In this document: one piece after another, positions 1 through 10,661 of the stretch | Position numbering within the stretch: the first letter of the stretch is position 1 | Layout of the letters: every line of letters starts with the position of its first letter | NCBI GenBank assembly: GCA_963833985.1 | Contig: CAWIAD010000001.1 | Location: 96,001 to 160,000, forward strand | DNA length: 64,000 nucleotides | Source: an uncultured Planctomycetaceae bacterium | GTDB lineage: Bacteria; Planctomycetota; Planctomycetia; Isosphaerales; Isosphaeraceae | Direction: 5' to 3' | The notes under the pieces: generated by a model | Seen by the model: the letters and a program-made list of their open reading frames with translations, nothing else | What the model was told of the DNA's origin: nothing | The model's database searches: none | Program-made: the position numbers and the translations under genes

Positions 1-869
1 TGTCCCGGAACAACGGTTACCATGGCAAGGTCGTTGTTATCACCGGTGCGTCCAGCGGCTTCGGTAAGGGGACGGCGCTCGAGCTGGCGAAGCGAGGCTC
101 GTCGGTCGTGCTGGCCGCCCGCAGTGCCCAGGTGCTGAGCGAGCTGGCCCACGAGTGCAACGAGGCCGGTGGGCAGGCGCTGGCGGTGCCCACGGATGTC
201 AGCGACCGCGCCGCGGTCGAGGCCCTGGCCCGGCAGGCCACCGCGCGGTTCGGGCACTTCGACGTGTGGATCAACAACGCGGGCGTGGCCTCCATCGGCC
301 GCTTCAATGAGGTGCCGCTGGAAGACCATGAGCAGGTGATCAAGACGGATCTGCTGGGCACGATCTACGGCAGCCACTGCGCACTCCGGCATTTTTGCGA
401 GCGCAGCGCGGGCGTTCTCATCAACGTGGCCTCGGCCGTCGGCAAGGTACCCGCGCCCTACTTCGCGTCATACGTGGCGGCCAAGTTCGGCATCGTGGGC
501 TTCTCCGACGCCCTGCGGCAGGAGCTGAAACAGGAGAAGGTGCACTCGATTCGCGTGTGCACGGTCATGCCCATGTCACACGATACGGGGTTCTTCGAGC
601 ACGCGGGCAACTACACCGGCCACGAATCCGCTCCGATCCCCCCGATCTACGATCCCGGCGTGACAGTTGACGCACTGGTACGGCTGGTCGCCCGGCCGGA
701 GGACGAGATCATCACCGGCCAGCAAGGCAAGGTCGCGAACTTCCTGCACCACCTGATGCCCGCGGCCGTGGAGAAGTTCATGGCATCGAACACCAAGAAG
801 GCCGAGCTCGAAGACGCCCTGGAGGCCCCATCGACTTCCGGTGCCGTGCATTCTCCATCGGCCAGGTGA
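1..869 (+). CDS. Short-chain dehydrogenase/reductase (SDR); start codon cut by the window edge
   Basis: Frame from nt 3 reads SRNNGYHGKVVVITGASSGFG (TGxxxGxG), followed by NNAG and catalytic YVAAK. Confidence 0.9.
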   Translation, partial: SRNNGYHGKVVVITGASSGFGKGTALELAKRGSSVVLAARSAQVLSELAHECNEAGGQALAVPTDVSDRAAVEALARQATARFGHFDVWINNAGVASIGRFNEVPLEDHEQVIKTDLLGTIYGSHCALRHFCERSAGVLINVASAVGKVPAPYFASYVAAKFGIVGFSDALRQELKQEKVHSIRVCTVMPMSHDTGFFEHAGNYTGHESAPIPPIYDPGVTVDALVRLVARPEDEIITGQQGKVANFLHHLMPAAVEKFMASNTKKAELEDALEAPSTSGAVHSPSAR

Positions 870-1099
870 CGGGCGCTGTGCCTGTTTCCGGGACACGGCC
901 TGGATGCGGCGTGCCGGTCAAGCCAGTGCCAGCGCACCCATCCGGCGCGCACTGCGCCTCTCGCCCTTGCCTTGCGAAGCGAAAAGAGAATTTGTTCGAC
1001 TCGGCTCTTGCAGCGCCATAACCTGAAAGGAGTGTCAGGCTCCCTCCGCGAGACTCCGCCGTCTCGCCCCACCCCGCCTTGTTCCAGGAGACTCGATCA

Positions 1100-2362
1100 A
1101 TGTCCGATCGTGATTCCGCCCGCATTCCCCGTCGCGGTTTCGTGCAGAGCAGCGCCGCTGCGACGGCGGCCGCCGTGGCAGCGGCCCGCCTGGGCCGCTC
1201 AAGCGCTCAGGCACAAACACAAGCACAAGCACCGTCACAAACCTCGCCAGGACAGCAGAAACAACCATCCGCTGGTGCACAGGTCTTGCCCACGCGCGTC
1301 CTGGGGAAGACGGGCGTGGACGTGACGATCCTCAATGCCGGTACGCTCCGCGTGGCCGGTTTCATGGACCGCTTGCTCCGGCTCGCGTTCAGTCAGGGCG
1401 TCCGGTTCTTTGACACCGCCAAGGTCTACGGCACCGAGCCCGGCTTCAAGAAGTGGTTCGCCGAGATGCCCGAGGTGCGCAAGCAAATCTTCCTGGCCAC
1501 CAAGGAACCGGTACGCAAGATCGGCGAGGTGGTCAAGAACATCGACCAGCGACTCGCGGCGCTGGGCACCGACTACATTGACCTGCTTTACTACCACGGT
1601 CTGGGCCGCGGCCAGGTAGACTGGGCCAGGAGCAGGGCCATGAAAGAGGAGATCCAGGCGATCAAGCAGACCGGCAAGGTGCGGTTCGTGGGCTTCACCA
1701 CCCACGACGGCGGCGCGATGGCCGAGCAGCTTCAGGCCGCCGCCGACGGCGGCTTCATCGACGCGATCATGCTCTCGTATGCCCCCTGGATGGCAAAGGA
1801 TTCCGCACTCAACAAGGCCATGGACGCGTGCCACCAGAAGCAGATCGGCCTGGTGGCCATGAAGCTGTTCGCCGGCCGCGGCGCCCTGCGCGAGGTCTAC
1901 AACAAGATGCCGGCGCTCAAGGAGCGCGGGCTGAACCCGCACCAGGCCCTGCTGCACGCGGCCTGGACCGACGAGCGGCTGGCCTGCGTGTGCACGGCCA
2001 TGGTGAATACCGACCAGGTTCACCAGAACATCGCGGCAGCACGCAGCTTCGAGCCCATGAAAACGGCACAGATCCTCGAATTGCGCGACGCCGTGCTGGC
2101 CTGCGGCCCGACAATGTGCCCCGACTGCGACGGCAGTTGCAGCCGGGCCGCGGGAACCAGGGCCCGCCTGGGCGACCTGACGCGCTTGCTCACCTACCAC
2201 GAGGATCATGGCGCCCGGGTCATGGCCCGCGACGAGTACGCCATGCTCTCCGACGAGGAGCGCGACTGGCACGACGCGGACCTGGAGGCGGCGCGTGACG
2301 CCTGCCACAGCCATCTCGATTTCGCGCGGCTGCTCCCCCAGGCTGAGAGATTCCTCGCCTGA
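1100..2362 (+). CDS. Tat-exported aldo/keto reductase with a C-terminal Cys-rich (putative Fe-S) motif
   Basis: RBS CAGGAG before ATG 1100; RRGFV twin-arginine signal; LGKTG, FFDTAKVYG and LGTDYIDL motifs; C-terminal CPDCDGSC. Confidence 0.85.
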   Translation: MSDRDSARIPRRGFVQSSAAATAAAVAAARLGRSSAQAQTQAQAPSQTSPGQQKQPSAGAQVLPTRVLGKTGVDVTILNAGTLRVAGFMDRLLRLAFSQGVRFFDTAKVYGTEPGFKKWFAEMPEVRKQIFLATKEPVRKIGEVVKNIDQRLAALGTDYIDLLYYHGLGRGQVDWARSRAMKEEIQAIKQTGKVRFVGFTTHDGGAMAEQLQAAADGGFIDAIMLSYAPWMAKDSALNKAMDACHQKQIGLVAMKLFAGRGALREVYNKMPALKERGLNPHQALLHAAWTDERLACVCTAMVNTDQVHQNIAAARSFEPMKTAQILELRDAVLACGPTMCPDCDGSCSRAAGTRARLGDLTRLLTYHEDHGARVMARDEYAMLSDEERDWHDADLEAARDACHSHLDFARLLPQAERFLA

Positions 2363-2609
2363 GCCCGAACGTCACAAGCAACCCGCCGGCGCGGCTCCGC
2401 GGTCTCTCCGAGCGCGGAGCCGCGCCGACGCGCGTTCCGGGCGGTGCACCCGGTCCGTCGCCAGAAAGCAACACGTGTCGGGACGTTCCCTCGGGGACGG
2501 GAACCTGGATCGAGTATCATGTGTCCGACAAAATGCCGCCGGCTGCGCCGTACCGGGGGCGTGGGGCCGGGCCCTGCCGCCTGGCCACGGGACAGTCAGG
2601 GACACGCGC

Positions 2610-5600
2610 ATGCTCGCGACGATGGAACGAAAGGCTGCGATCGCGGTGGACCAGGAGAGCCTGGAGCGCGTCCGCCTGCGCTACGAGGACGGCGACTACC
2701 TGGGGGCCCACGAGGCCGCGCTGGCAATCGGGCCGCTGGACCAGTGGCGAGGAACGGCCCCACGGGTGCTGGCCGGCCGGCTGGCTTCGCAGCTTGGCGG
2801 CGTGCGCCTGGGCCATGCGCTGCACCTCCGGGCGTGGCGCTCTGACCCGGCGGATCCCGAGGCCTGCTACTACCGGGCAAGGGCCCTGCTCGCCCGCCGC
2901 GGACCGCTGCCGACGTGGCAGTTTCTACGCAGTACCGGGCCGCTCGAGGCCGCCAGCGACGAGATCCGCGCTGACTGGCTGGCGAGCCACGCACTGGCCC
3001 TTGGCGGGCTGCGCGATTTTGACGCCGCCGAGGAATACCTGGCGGAGGCCGAGCGCCTGGCCCCGGGGCGCGCCTGGCTGCGCGTGGAGCGGGCCAACGT
3101 CTTCGAGATGCAAGACCTCTACAACAGCGCCCTGGCGGCCGCGCGAGGCCCTGTTGCTCCAACCGTGGTACCGCCCGGCCGTGCAGGCGGTGGGGCACTG
3201 CCTGCAACTGCTTGACCGCGAGGGCGAGGCCGTCGACTTCCTGGACGAGGCGTGCGGGCACGTCGCCAGCCCCTGGATCATGGCACAACTGGCCGAGCTC
3301 CAGATGCAGATTGGACGCCCCGCCGACGCCTTGCGAAGTCTGGAGCGGTTCGCCGAGCTGGCCCGGCTCATGGACCGCCCCACGCGCCGCTGGCTGTTTG
3401 GCCGGCGCTCGGACGCGGCGTATCGCCTGGGGGACCACGCGGCCGCGGCCGCCTTTGCCCGCGAGAGCGCCGAGCCGTTTTTCCTGGCTCTGGCGGATCG
3501 CCTGGAAAACCCGGAGATCCCGGATCGACGCGTGCGGCTGGCCGTCGGATTCGTGCGGCAGCATCATCAGCACTGCGGTCCGGCCACGCTCTCGGCGCTT
3601 GCCGGCTTCTGGGACCATGAAGTCGATCAGCTCGAGGTCGGCGAGGAGATCTGCTATGACGGCACGCCCGACCACCGGGAACGCACGTGGGCCGAGAAGA
3701 ACGGCTTCATCACGCGCGAGTTCACGGTCACCTGGGACGCCGCCCTGACCCTCCTCGACCGGGGCGTCCCGTTCACGCTCACCACGGTGGAAACCCGCAA
3801 CGCCCATCTCCAGGCGGTCATCGGGTATGACGCCCGCAGGGGCACGCTCCTGCTCCGCGACCCGTGGTTGCCCCACGAGGGCGAGGTCGTCGCCGAACCG
3901 TTCCTGGAGCGCTACCGGTCCGTTGGCCCGCGCGGTATGGCCATGGTGCCGCGCGGCCGCGCTGCACTGCTCGAGGGGGTCGAACTGCCGGAAGCCGGGC
4001 TCTACGACCGGCTGCACCGCATGCAGGTGGCCCTGCGCGAGCACGACCGCACCGCGGCAGCCGCCGTCTACGAGGATCTCAGCGCCGGGTCGCCCGGACA
4101 CCGGCTGGTACTTCACGCCCGCTGGCTGCTGGCCATCTACGACGCCAGCGCGACCGATGCCCTGCCGGCAATTGTAGCCCTGCGGCAGGCGTTCCCCGGC
4201 GACGTCAACCTTCAGCTTGCCGAGATTTCGTGCCTGCGCAATCTGGGGCGGCGCGACGACCGTCTGGCGTTGTATCAAACCGCCTGTGCCGGACCCGCTG
4301 CCGACCCGGTCGTTCGCCGCCAGTACGCCCAGGAGTTGCTGGCCGACGCGCGCCAGCACCCGCGGGCCGCCTGGCTGGCCCGCCGTGCGCTGCGGTCCCG
4401 GCCGACGGACGCCGGAGGCGTGTTCGTGCTGGCGCGCGTGGCCTGGGACGCACAGCGAAGGGAAGACGCACTCCAGCTTTACCGGTTTGCCTGCTGCCTG
4501 GACGACAAGGACGAGGGGCTGGCCATGAGCTACTTCTCCTCGGCCCGCTATTTCCATCGCGAGGAGGAACCGCTCCGGCTTCTGAGGAGTCGATTTCGGC
4601 GTTTCGGGAGCCGCTCGTCGCATCCCGCCCGCACGCTCCACCGCGCTCTCTGGGAGCTGGATCGGACGGCCGAGGCCGACGCCGTGCTGGAGCGGATGCT
4701 CCGGCTCCGCCCGGACGACGGCGACACGCTGCTGCACGCGGCGCGGGCGGCCGGCTGGGCGGGCGACTTCGACCGTGCGGGGGCGTGGCTCGAGGAGGCG
4801 CGCGGCCGTTGCCACGCGGTCGACTGGCTGCGCGCGGCCGCCAACCTGGCCTCGAACCGGGGCGACCTGGCCGCCGCTTTGAGAACGTGGCGGCAGGTGC
4901 TCGAGGCCGAGCCGGCCGCCCTCGATGCCAACCGGGCCATCGCCCGCTTGCTGGCCGATACCGAGGGGCGTCCGGCGGCCATCAGCCACCTGGAGCAGGC
5001 CTGTAGCCGCTCGCCCCACAACTACTCGCTGCACCGCGCCCTCATCGACTGGCTGCGCGATGAGAATCCGGCCGCGGCCGAGCCGGCGGTCCGCCGGCTG
5101 CTGGAGATCCATCCGGCAGACGCGTGGGGCGTGCGCGAGCTGGCGGGCCTGCTCAGCGAGCAGGGCCGGCATGACGAGGCGGTGCTCCTGCTGGAAACCG
5201 CCAGGGAGCTGGAGCCGGCCAGCACCCGCGAGGCCTCCGTCCGGGGCTTCGTTCTGGAGCGCGCCGGCAGGCACGACGAGGCCCGGGCGGCGTACCGGGA
5301 AGCCATCCGCCGCGACGTGGACAACGAGTACGCCATTGGCCGCCTCATCGAGACCGCGGCCTGGCACGCTCAGCGCATGGAGGCGCTGGACCTGGTGCTC
5401 GCCGAGCTGGAGCGCCAGGTGACGTACGGCAGCGGCTTGCTGGCCTTCGCCCAGCGCGCTCGCGGCACGCTGGGTGGTGATGTCCTGCTCGCCACCCTGG
5501 TTCGCGCCCACGAGTCGCGGCCGGATCTCTGGCACGCCTGGTCGGCCGTGATTAACGAGCGCCTGGCGCGCAAGGAACACGAAGAGGCGGAGCGCCTGGC

Positions 5601-7649
5601 CGGCGCGGCCCTGGAGCGGTTCCCATTGCTGCCCAGGCTCTGGCTCGACCTGGCGGCCGTCCGTGCTGCCCGCGGCGACCGGCGCGGTGAACGCGAGGCG
5701 CTGGAGCGTGCGCTCCAGATCAGCCCGGGCTGGAGCACGGCCGTGCGAGCGCTGGCGGAATCTCTGGAGCACGACGGCAATTACGCCGGATCGCGCACGG
5801 TGCTCGAACGTGCCATCGCCCGCGATGCGCTCGATGCGTACAACCACGGCTGCCTTGCCGATGCCTTGTGGCACCTGGGGGAGCAGGAGCCGGCACTCGA
5901 CGCGCTTGACCCACGCACTGCGGCTCGATCCCGGCTACTCCTGGGCCTGGCACGCCCTGGAAGCGTGGTCCTGCGCGGTGCAGAAGCCCGAGCGACCGGC
6001 CGAGCTTGTCCGCGAGCTCGTGCAGGAGCGGTGTGGCGATGGCCGTGCCTGGATGGCGCTGGCACGCGTCCTGGAGAAGCCGGAAGACCTCGAGGAGCGG
6101 CTTGCCGCGCTCGACCGGGCGGCAGAAATCGATCCCCGCGAGACCGCCCCACACGACCTCAAGGCGCGGCTCCTGGCCGAGGCGGGACGGTTCGACGAGG
6201 CCGACTCCGCCTGCCTGCCCCGCTGGTGGGGCGACCACCCACCCGTCTCCCTCCAGAGCCGTGCCGCCTGGGTCCTGGCACAGCGCGGCATGCTGGACGA
6301 GGCCAGCGCACGGATCCGCACGGTCCTGGCCGAGAACCCGCAGTACGTCCCGGGATGGCGGCTGCTCGCGGAGTGGTCGCGCGATCGTGGCGCGCTCGAT
6401 TCCTACCTGGAAGCGGCCGATGCCCTGACTCGACGCGATCCTGGAGATGCTCTGGGCCATGGCTACCAGGGCGATGCCCGGCTCCGCAAGGGCGACCGGG
6501 CGGGCGCCAGGGACAGCTTCCACCGCGCCTACAAGCTCGATCCCGCCTATAGCTACGCTGGCATGAACCTCTTCGACCTGGAGCTTGCCGCCAGGCAGCT
6601 CGACGCCGCCGGGGCCGTTCTCGAGGCCCTCAAGGCGGCGGACGGCGAGGACGATGCCTACGTCCTGGCCCGCGAGATTCAGTGGCTTGCGGCCCACGGC
6701 GAGCGCGACGCGGCCATGGACGCGCTGCGCAGGCTGTGCACGGCCCGTGATGATGGATCGGACTGGCCCCTGCGCACCGCCGACCAGGCGCTCACGGCCG
6801 CCGGCTGGATCGGGCAAAGCTTCTTGATCTACGCCCAGGCGCTGGAACGGGCGGACGCCACGCCCCCGGTGGGCACCCTCTGGGCCGAACGCTGGACCGA
6901 GCGCCTCCCAATGGAAGCATGCGCGGCGCCTGGAACCTTTGCTGGCCGCCGGCAGCGAGGCCGCGTACCGTGCCCTGGCCGTCTACGCCCGCACTCTGGG
7001 CACGAACCGTACCCGGCTGCGGTTCGCAATGTGCCTGCGCAAGCACCGCAATGCGCTGCGGAGCCATACGCTTTGCTGGGGAATGACGGGCTTCGCGCTG
7101 CTCAACATGCAGCGTCCCCGTGCCGCGGCGCGCTGGCTGGCCGATTACTCGGAGCGCGACAGCGTTCAGCCCTGGATGCTCAACAACCTGGTGCTCGCCT
7201 TCCGCGAGCTGGGCCGAGATGCCGAGGCAAACCGCGCGGGCCGGCATGCCCTGGGCTTGCAGGAAGACTACTGCAAGAACGAGCACATGGTCTGGCTGGC
7301 GCTGGACGATGTCCTGGAAGGCCGCGCCGCGGAAGCCTCGGCACGGCTGAGAACCATCGGCGATCCAAAGTTTGACGCGATCTGTCGCTATGTGCAGAGC
7401 CTGGTGCGAATCCTGCTGGACCTGGAACAGATCGGATCCGGCTACCCCGCCGGACGAGCCACGACACGGAGTGTTTATTCGGCTTGCGGCAAGCTGCTCT
7501 CGCTGAATCAAAAAACGGTCGTCTCCAGGACTGACCCGCGCTGGCAGTCCGAACCTGCCGGCGCTGTGCGAAGGCTGTCATCCCTGCTCGGCCCCTGGCT
7601 GGGCTGGACCCTGCGAATTCCGTTCGCCGTTGTCCGGCCACGAGTCTAA
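2610..7649 (+). CDS. Very large TPR protein with an internal C39-like cysteine peptidase domain (reconstructed across ~3 frameshifts)
   Basis: Joined from ORFs 2208..3215, 2521..6552, 5663..7375 and 6939..7649 (shifts ~3140, ~5905, ~6930); VRQHHQHCGPATL and AHLQAVIGYD motifs; many TPR-like helical repeats. Confidence 0.75.
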
Positions 7650-7720
7650 GAAGTTTCGCAGAAGTCTTTGAACAGGATTGCCGTTCGCTTGCCCCAGGCC
7701 GAGAGCCAAGCCTGGCCGCT

Positions 7721-7880
7721 CTCCTCGTGGGGTACGATTCCAATCGTGCCATTCAATTCTCGCTCGTGGGGTACGATTCCAATCGTGCCATTCCAAGTTC
7801 GTGAGATCGAAGAAGTGACAAGAATGGAATCTTGTCCCACGAGGAGATCGAACAAGTGACATGATCGGACTCGTGTCCGA
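7721..7880. repeat. REP cluster: two direct copies plus two inverted, diverged copies of a palindromic REP
   Basis: CTCGTGGGGTACGATTCCAATCGTGCCATTC at 7724 and 7763 (39-bp period); inverted relatives at 7815-7846 and ~7856-7878. Confidence 0.8.
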
Positions 7881-8072
7881 CAAAGAGCGGCCTCCCGGTC
7901 ATCCAGGATCGCATCAAACTGCTGAATGCCTGTCAAAGAAAGATTGCGAACCTGCTTCGCATGGCCCGATTTCTGAGCATGGCCCGATCCTTTCAGCCGC
8001 ACGCGAGAAGGGCGGCGGTGATTTGTCGAGGCGTGCCGCGCGCCGCTTCAGTTCTTTGCTCGCAGGGACCCG

Positions 8073-10446
8073 TTATTCCGGCCGGACGCGATAGCTCCTT
8101 AGCTCTCCGGGCTCCATGCGGCACTCGAACGTGTTTCCGGGAAGATCATGGTGCTCCACGAGGTCGCGGGCGATCCCGCGCGCGGGAAGGCGAACCGTGA
8201 CCGCCCGGGTGGGCCGCATCCCGGTGTGGATCACCAGGTAGTAGGTACCGTGATGGGGCGTGAGGATCTCCCGCACCACCACCTCCGGGTCGCTCGCCGC
8301 GTGCGGAACGACTCGCGACGGGAGCGCGGGGACCGCCAGGAACGCCTGGTTGAACGCGCGGCACATATGCCGGCGATCCCGTGCAAAAGCTCGAGGCGCA
8401 GAGCGCCCAGGTTGGTGGGATCGGCCTGGGCCACCGCCCGGGCCTCGAGCAGGCGCACGAACGGTCCCGCGCGATCGACGTCCACGGCGGCGTAGCCGAC
8501 CTGGCCGTCGAACGGCAGGTTCGAGGGGCCCCTGGCGCGGTCGTGGTCATCCTCGTTCAACGTATAGTGGTGGACCACCGTCAGCCCGGCGCCGGAGCGG
8601 TACGATTCCAGAAGATCCGCGCGCGCCACCGTGAAGAGTCGGCCGGCGGGATAGGTGAGCATCACGCGCTCGCTGTCGCGGTACAGCGCCGGGTCGGCCG
8701 GCGGGGCCGAGTGAAAGGCCTCGGTCCGCTCGGGAGCGGGCGCGATTGGCTCCCGGAATGCGAGGCTCCAACCGTAGGACCCGTCGCGGACCACGCGGTC
8801 GAACGCGGTGGGCACAAGCACCAGCGGAACCAGCTTGAGCCGGGTTGAGTGCGGGCAAGTGCATCCCACCAGCCCGGGTCGTCGCTGACAATTTGCACGG
8901 GATGACCGCGCGGGCCGGAGGCCGGATCGCGCAGCATGGGAATCTGCTCGCTTGTCCAGGGAGTGAAGAACACCTGCACCCGAGGATCAGCGAGCCCCCT
9001 GGCGAGGTGTTCGCCGAGCGCCTCGAAGAACCGCCGGCGCTCCCCCAGCCACCACTCGATGTAGCGATCATAGAGCCGGCGATCGCCCTCGTACGATCGG
9101 ATCAGGGACGCACGCGACGCCGTGCCCGCCAGTGAATCGCCGGGTTGGGCCGCGCGGAACCGCGCGACGGTTGCTTCCGAGAAACTGATCGGCAGGTGAT
9201 TGTCGCGAACCCGGAACCAGGCCCCGGCGAACCGCGCCACACCCTTGTGTGCGATCACCGTACGGTCCAGCAAGCGGCGGGCGTCAGCCAGGGTGTCCGG
9301 ATCGGTCAGGTCGGCATTCTGGTCCTCGGTCCACCAGACTGGCGTGTAGCGCGTGTTTGGCAGGTTGTGATAAAGCTTCTCAGCGCGCCGCTGCCAGCCC
9401 AGGCTGGGCGGGCGGGCCTCCTTGAGACCGATGGCCCCCTTGTACTCATAGTAGGGGAGCAGGTCGAGGCCCTCGGCGGCAATCCTCGGCACGGCGCGGT
9501 CCCAGAGGTCGGTGATCGGCGGCTGTGCGTTGTTCACCCAGTTTGCGTCACCGCTCTGCCAGCCCTGGTTGAACCCGAACTCGAGCAGGTCCTTGGCGAA
9601 CGTGTTCATCGCCAGGACACGCGCCATCCTGGCCTTGAATAGCAGCCAGTTCAGCGGGTCGGCCACGCCGCGATCGGCAGGCGCTCGGGCCTGAATGGCC
9701 TCGTCCGCCATTTCCTCGCGCCAGAAAACGCGTCTGCGGGGCAGATCGTCGGGTGGAAACTCGATCCGCGCATCGAGCAGCGATGGATCCGGCACGGCGC
9801 GGAGGCGGATGCGACCGATCGCCGCTCCCTGCGACCGGGGGTCGTTGAGCCGCTTGCTCTGGAAGACGATGACATGGAAGCCGTCCGCGGGACCGAACGG
9901 GCGTCCACCCGGACGGGAATCGCGCTGGGCGTACAGGCCCTGGAAGCGATCGTGCAGGAAGAAGAGGATCCTGTGTTTTTGCCACTGGCCGCTTTGCGGA
10001 TAGTCGAGCGACTCGAGCGAGGGCTGCACGTATTGCTGGCGGCAATCGCCGGTCGCCGATCCGGTGGCGAAGCCGCGCACCAGGTCAGCGCCGCGGTTGG
10101 CCAGGAACAAGGTGCGCGGCACGTCGTCCGGGTACTCGACCTCCAGAAGATAGGCGGCGCCCGGCGTGAGCCCCTTTCCCTGCCCGATCACCCAGGCCAT
10201 CGTCCCGGGCTGGTCGCCGGGCGGCAGCACCCGCGCTGCCCGGCCCAGAAGCGTGACTACCTTGCTGGTCACCTCTGGAAACTGGTGCACCGGCGGCTGT
10301 GCGACCGGATCAATCTCATCGACCACTGGCAGCCCGTCCAGCAGACGATCGAACGAGACCGCAGTCTGGGATCTCGCGCTGACGGGGATGAGAAGGCCGA
10401 TCATCAGCATGACGCGCGGTATTCGCAACGCCTTCGGGTTCATCAT
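8073..10446 (-). CDS. Secreted hypothetical protein, possibly glycoside-hydrolase-like (~790 aa, 2-3 frameshifts)
   Basis: Joined from ORFs 8662..10587, 8231..8869 and 8073..8366; signal-peptide-like N-terminus MMNPKALRIPRVMLMIGLLIPVSARSQ; aromatic-rich core. Confidence 0.55.
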
Positions 10447-10661
10447 GGTTCGGGTCTCCCGGCCGCCGGACGGGCCTGACTTCGAGACATCCGCCGCGCA
10501 CCACCCATCGTAGAACGCCGGCGGCGCCGCCACAACCGGCCGCCAGGCCGAGCGTGCGGCCGCTTTCAACGTTCTTGACAACCCCAACCGGGCGTTCCAG
10601 GATCACGGATACCACTTACGGCAGCCCGCTCCAGATTTTCTCACTTTTCTATGATATCCTG

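Noticed and set aside
2596..5874. 1092-aa antisense ORF (and similar long shadow ORFs such as 52910..55894 and 45300..47228)
   Set aside because: They lie opposite well-supported genes and lack motifs; expected artefact of high-GC codon usage
7724..7793. Possible mini-CRISPR (31-bp palindromic direct repeat)
   Set aside because: Only two copies with an 8-nt gap, followed by inverted copies, which is typical of REPs
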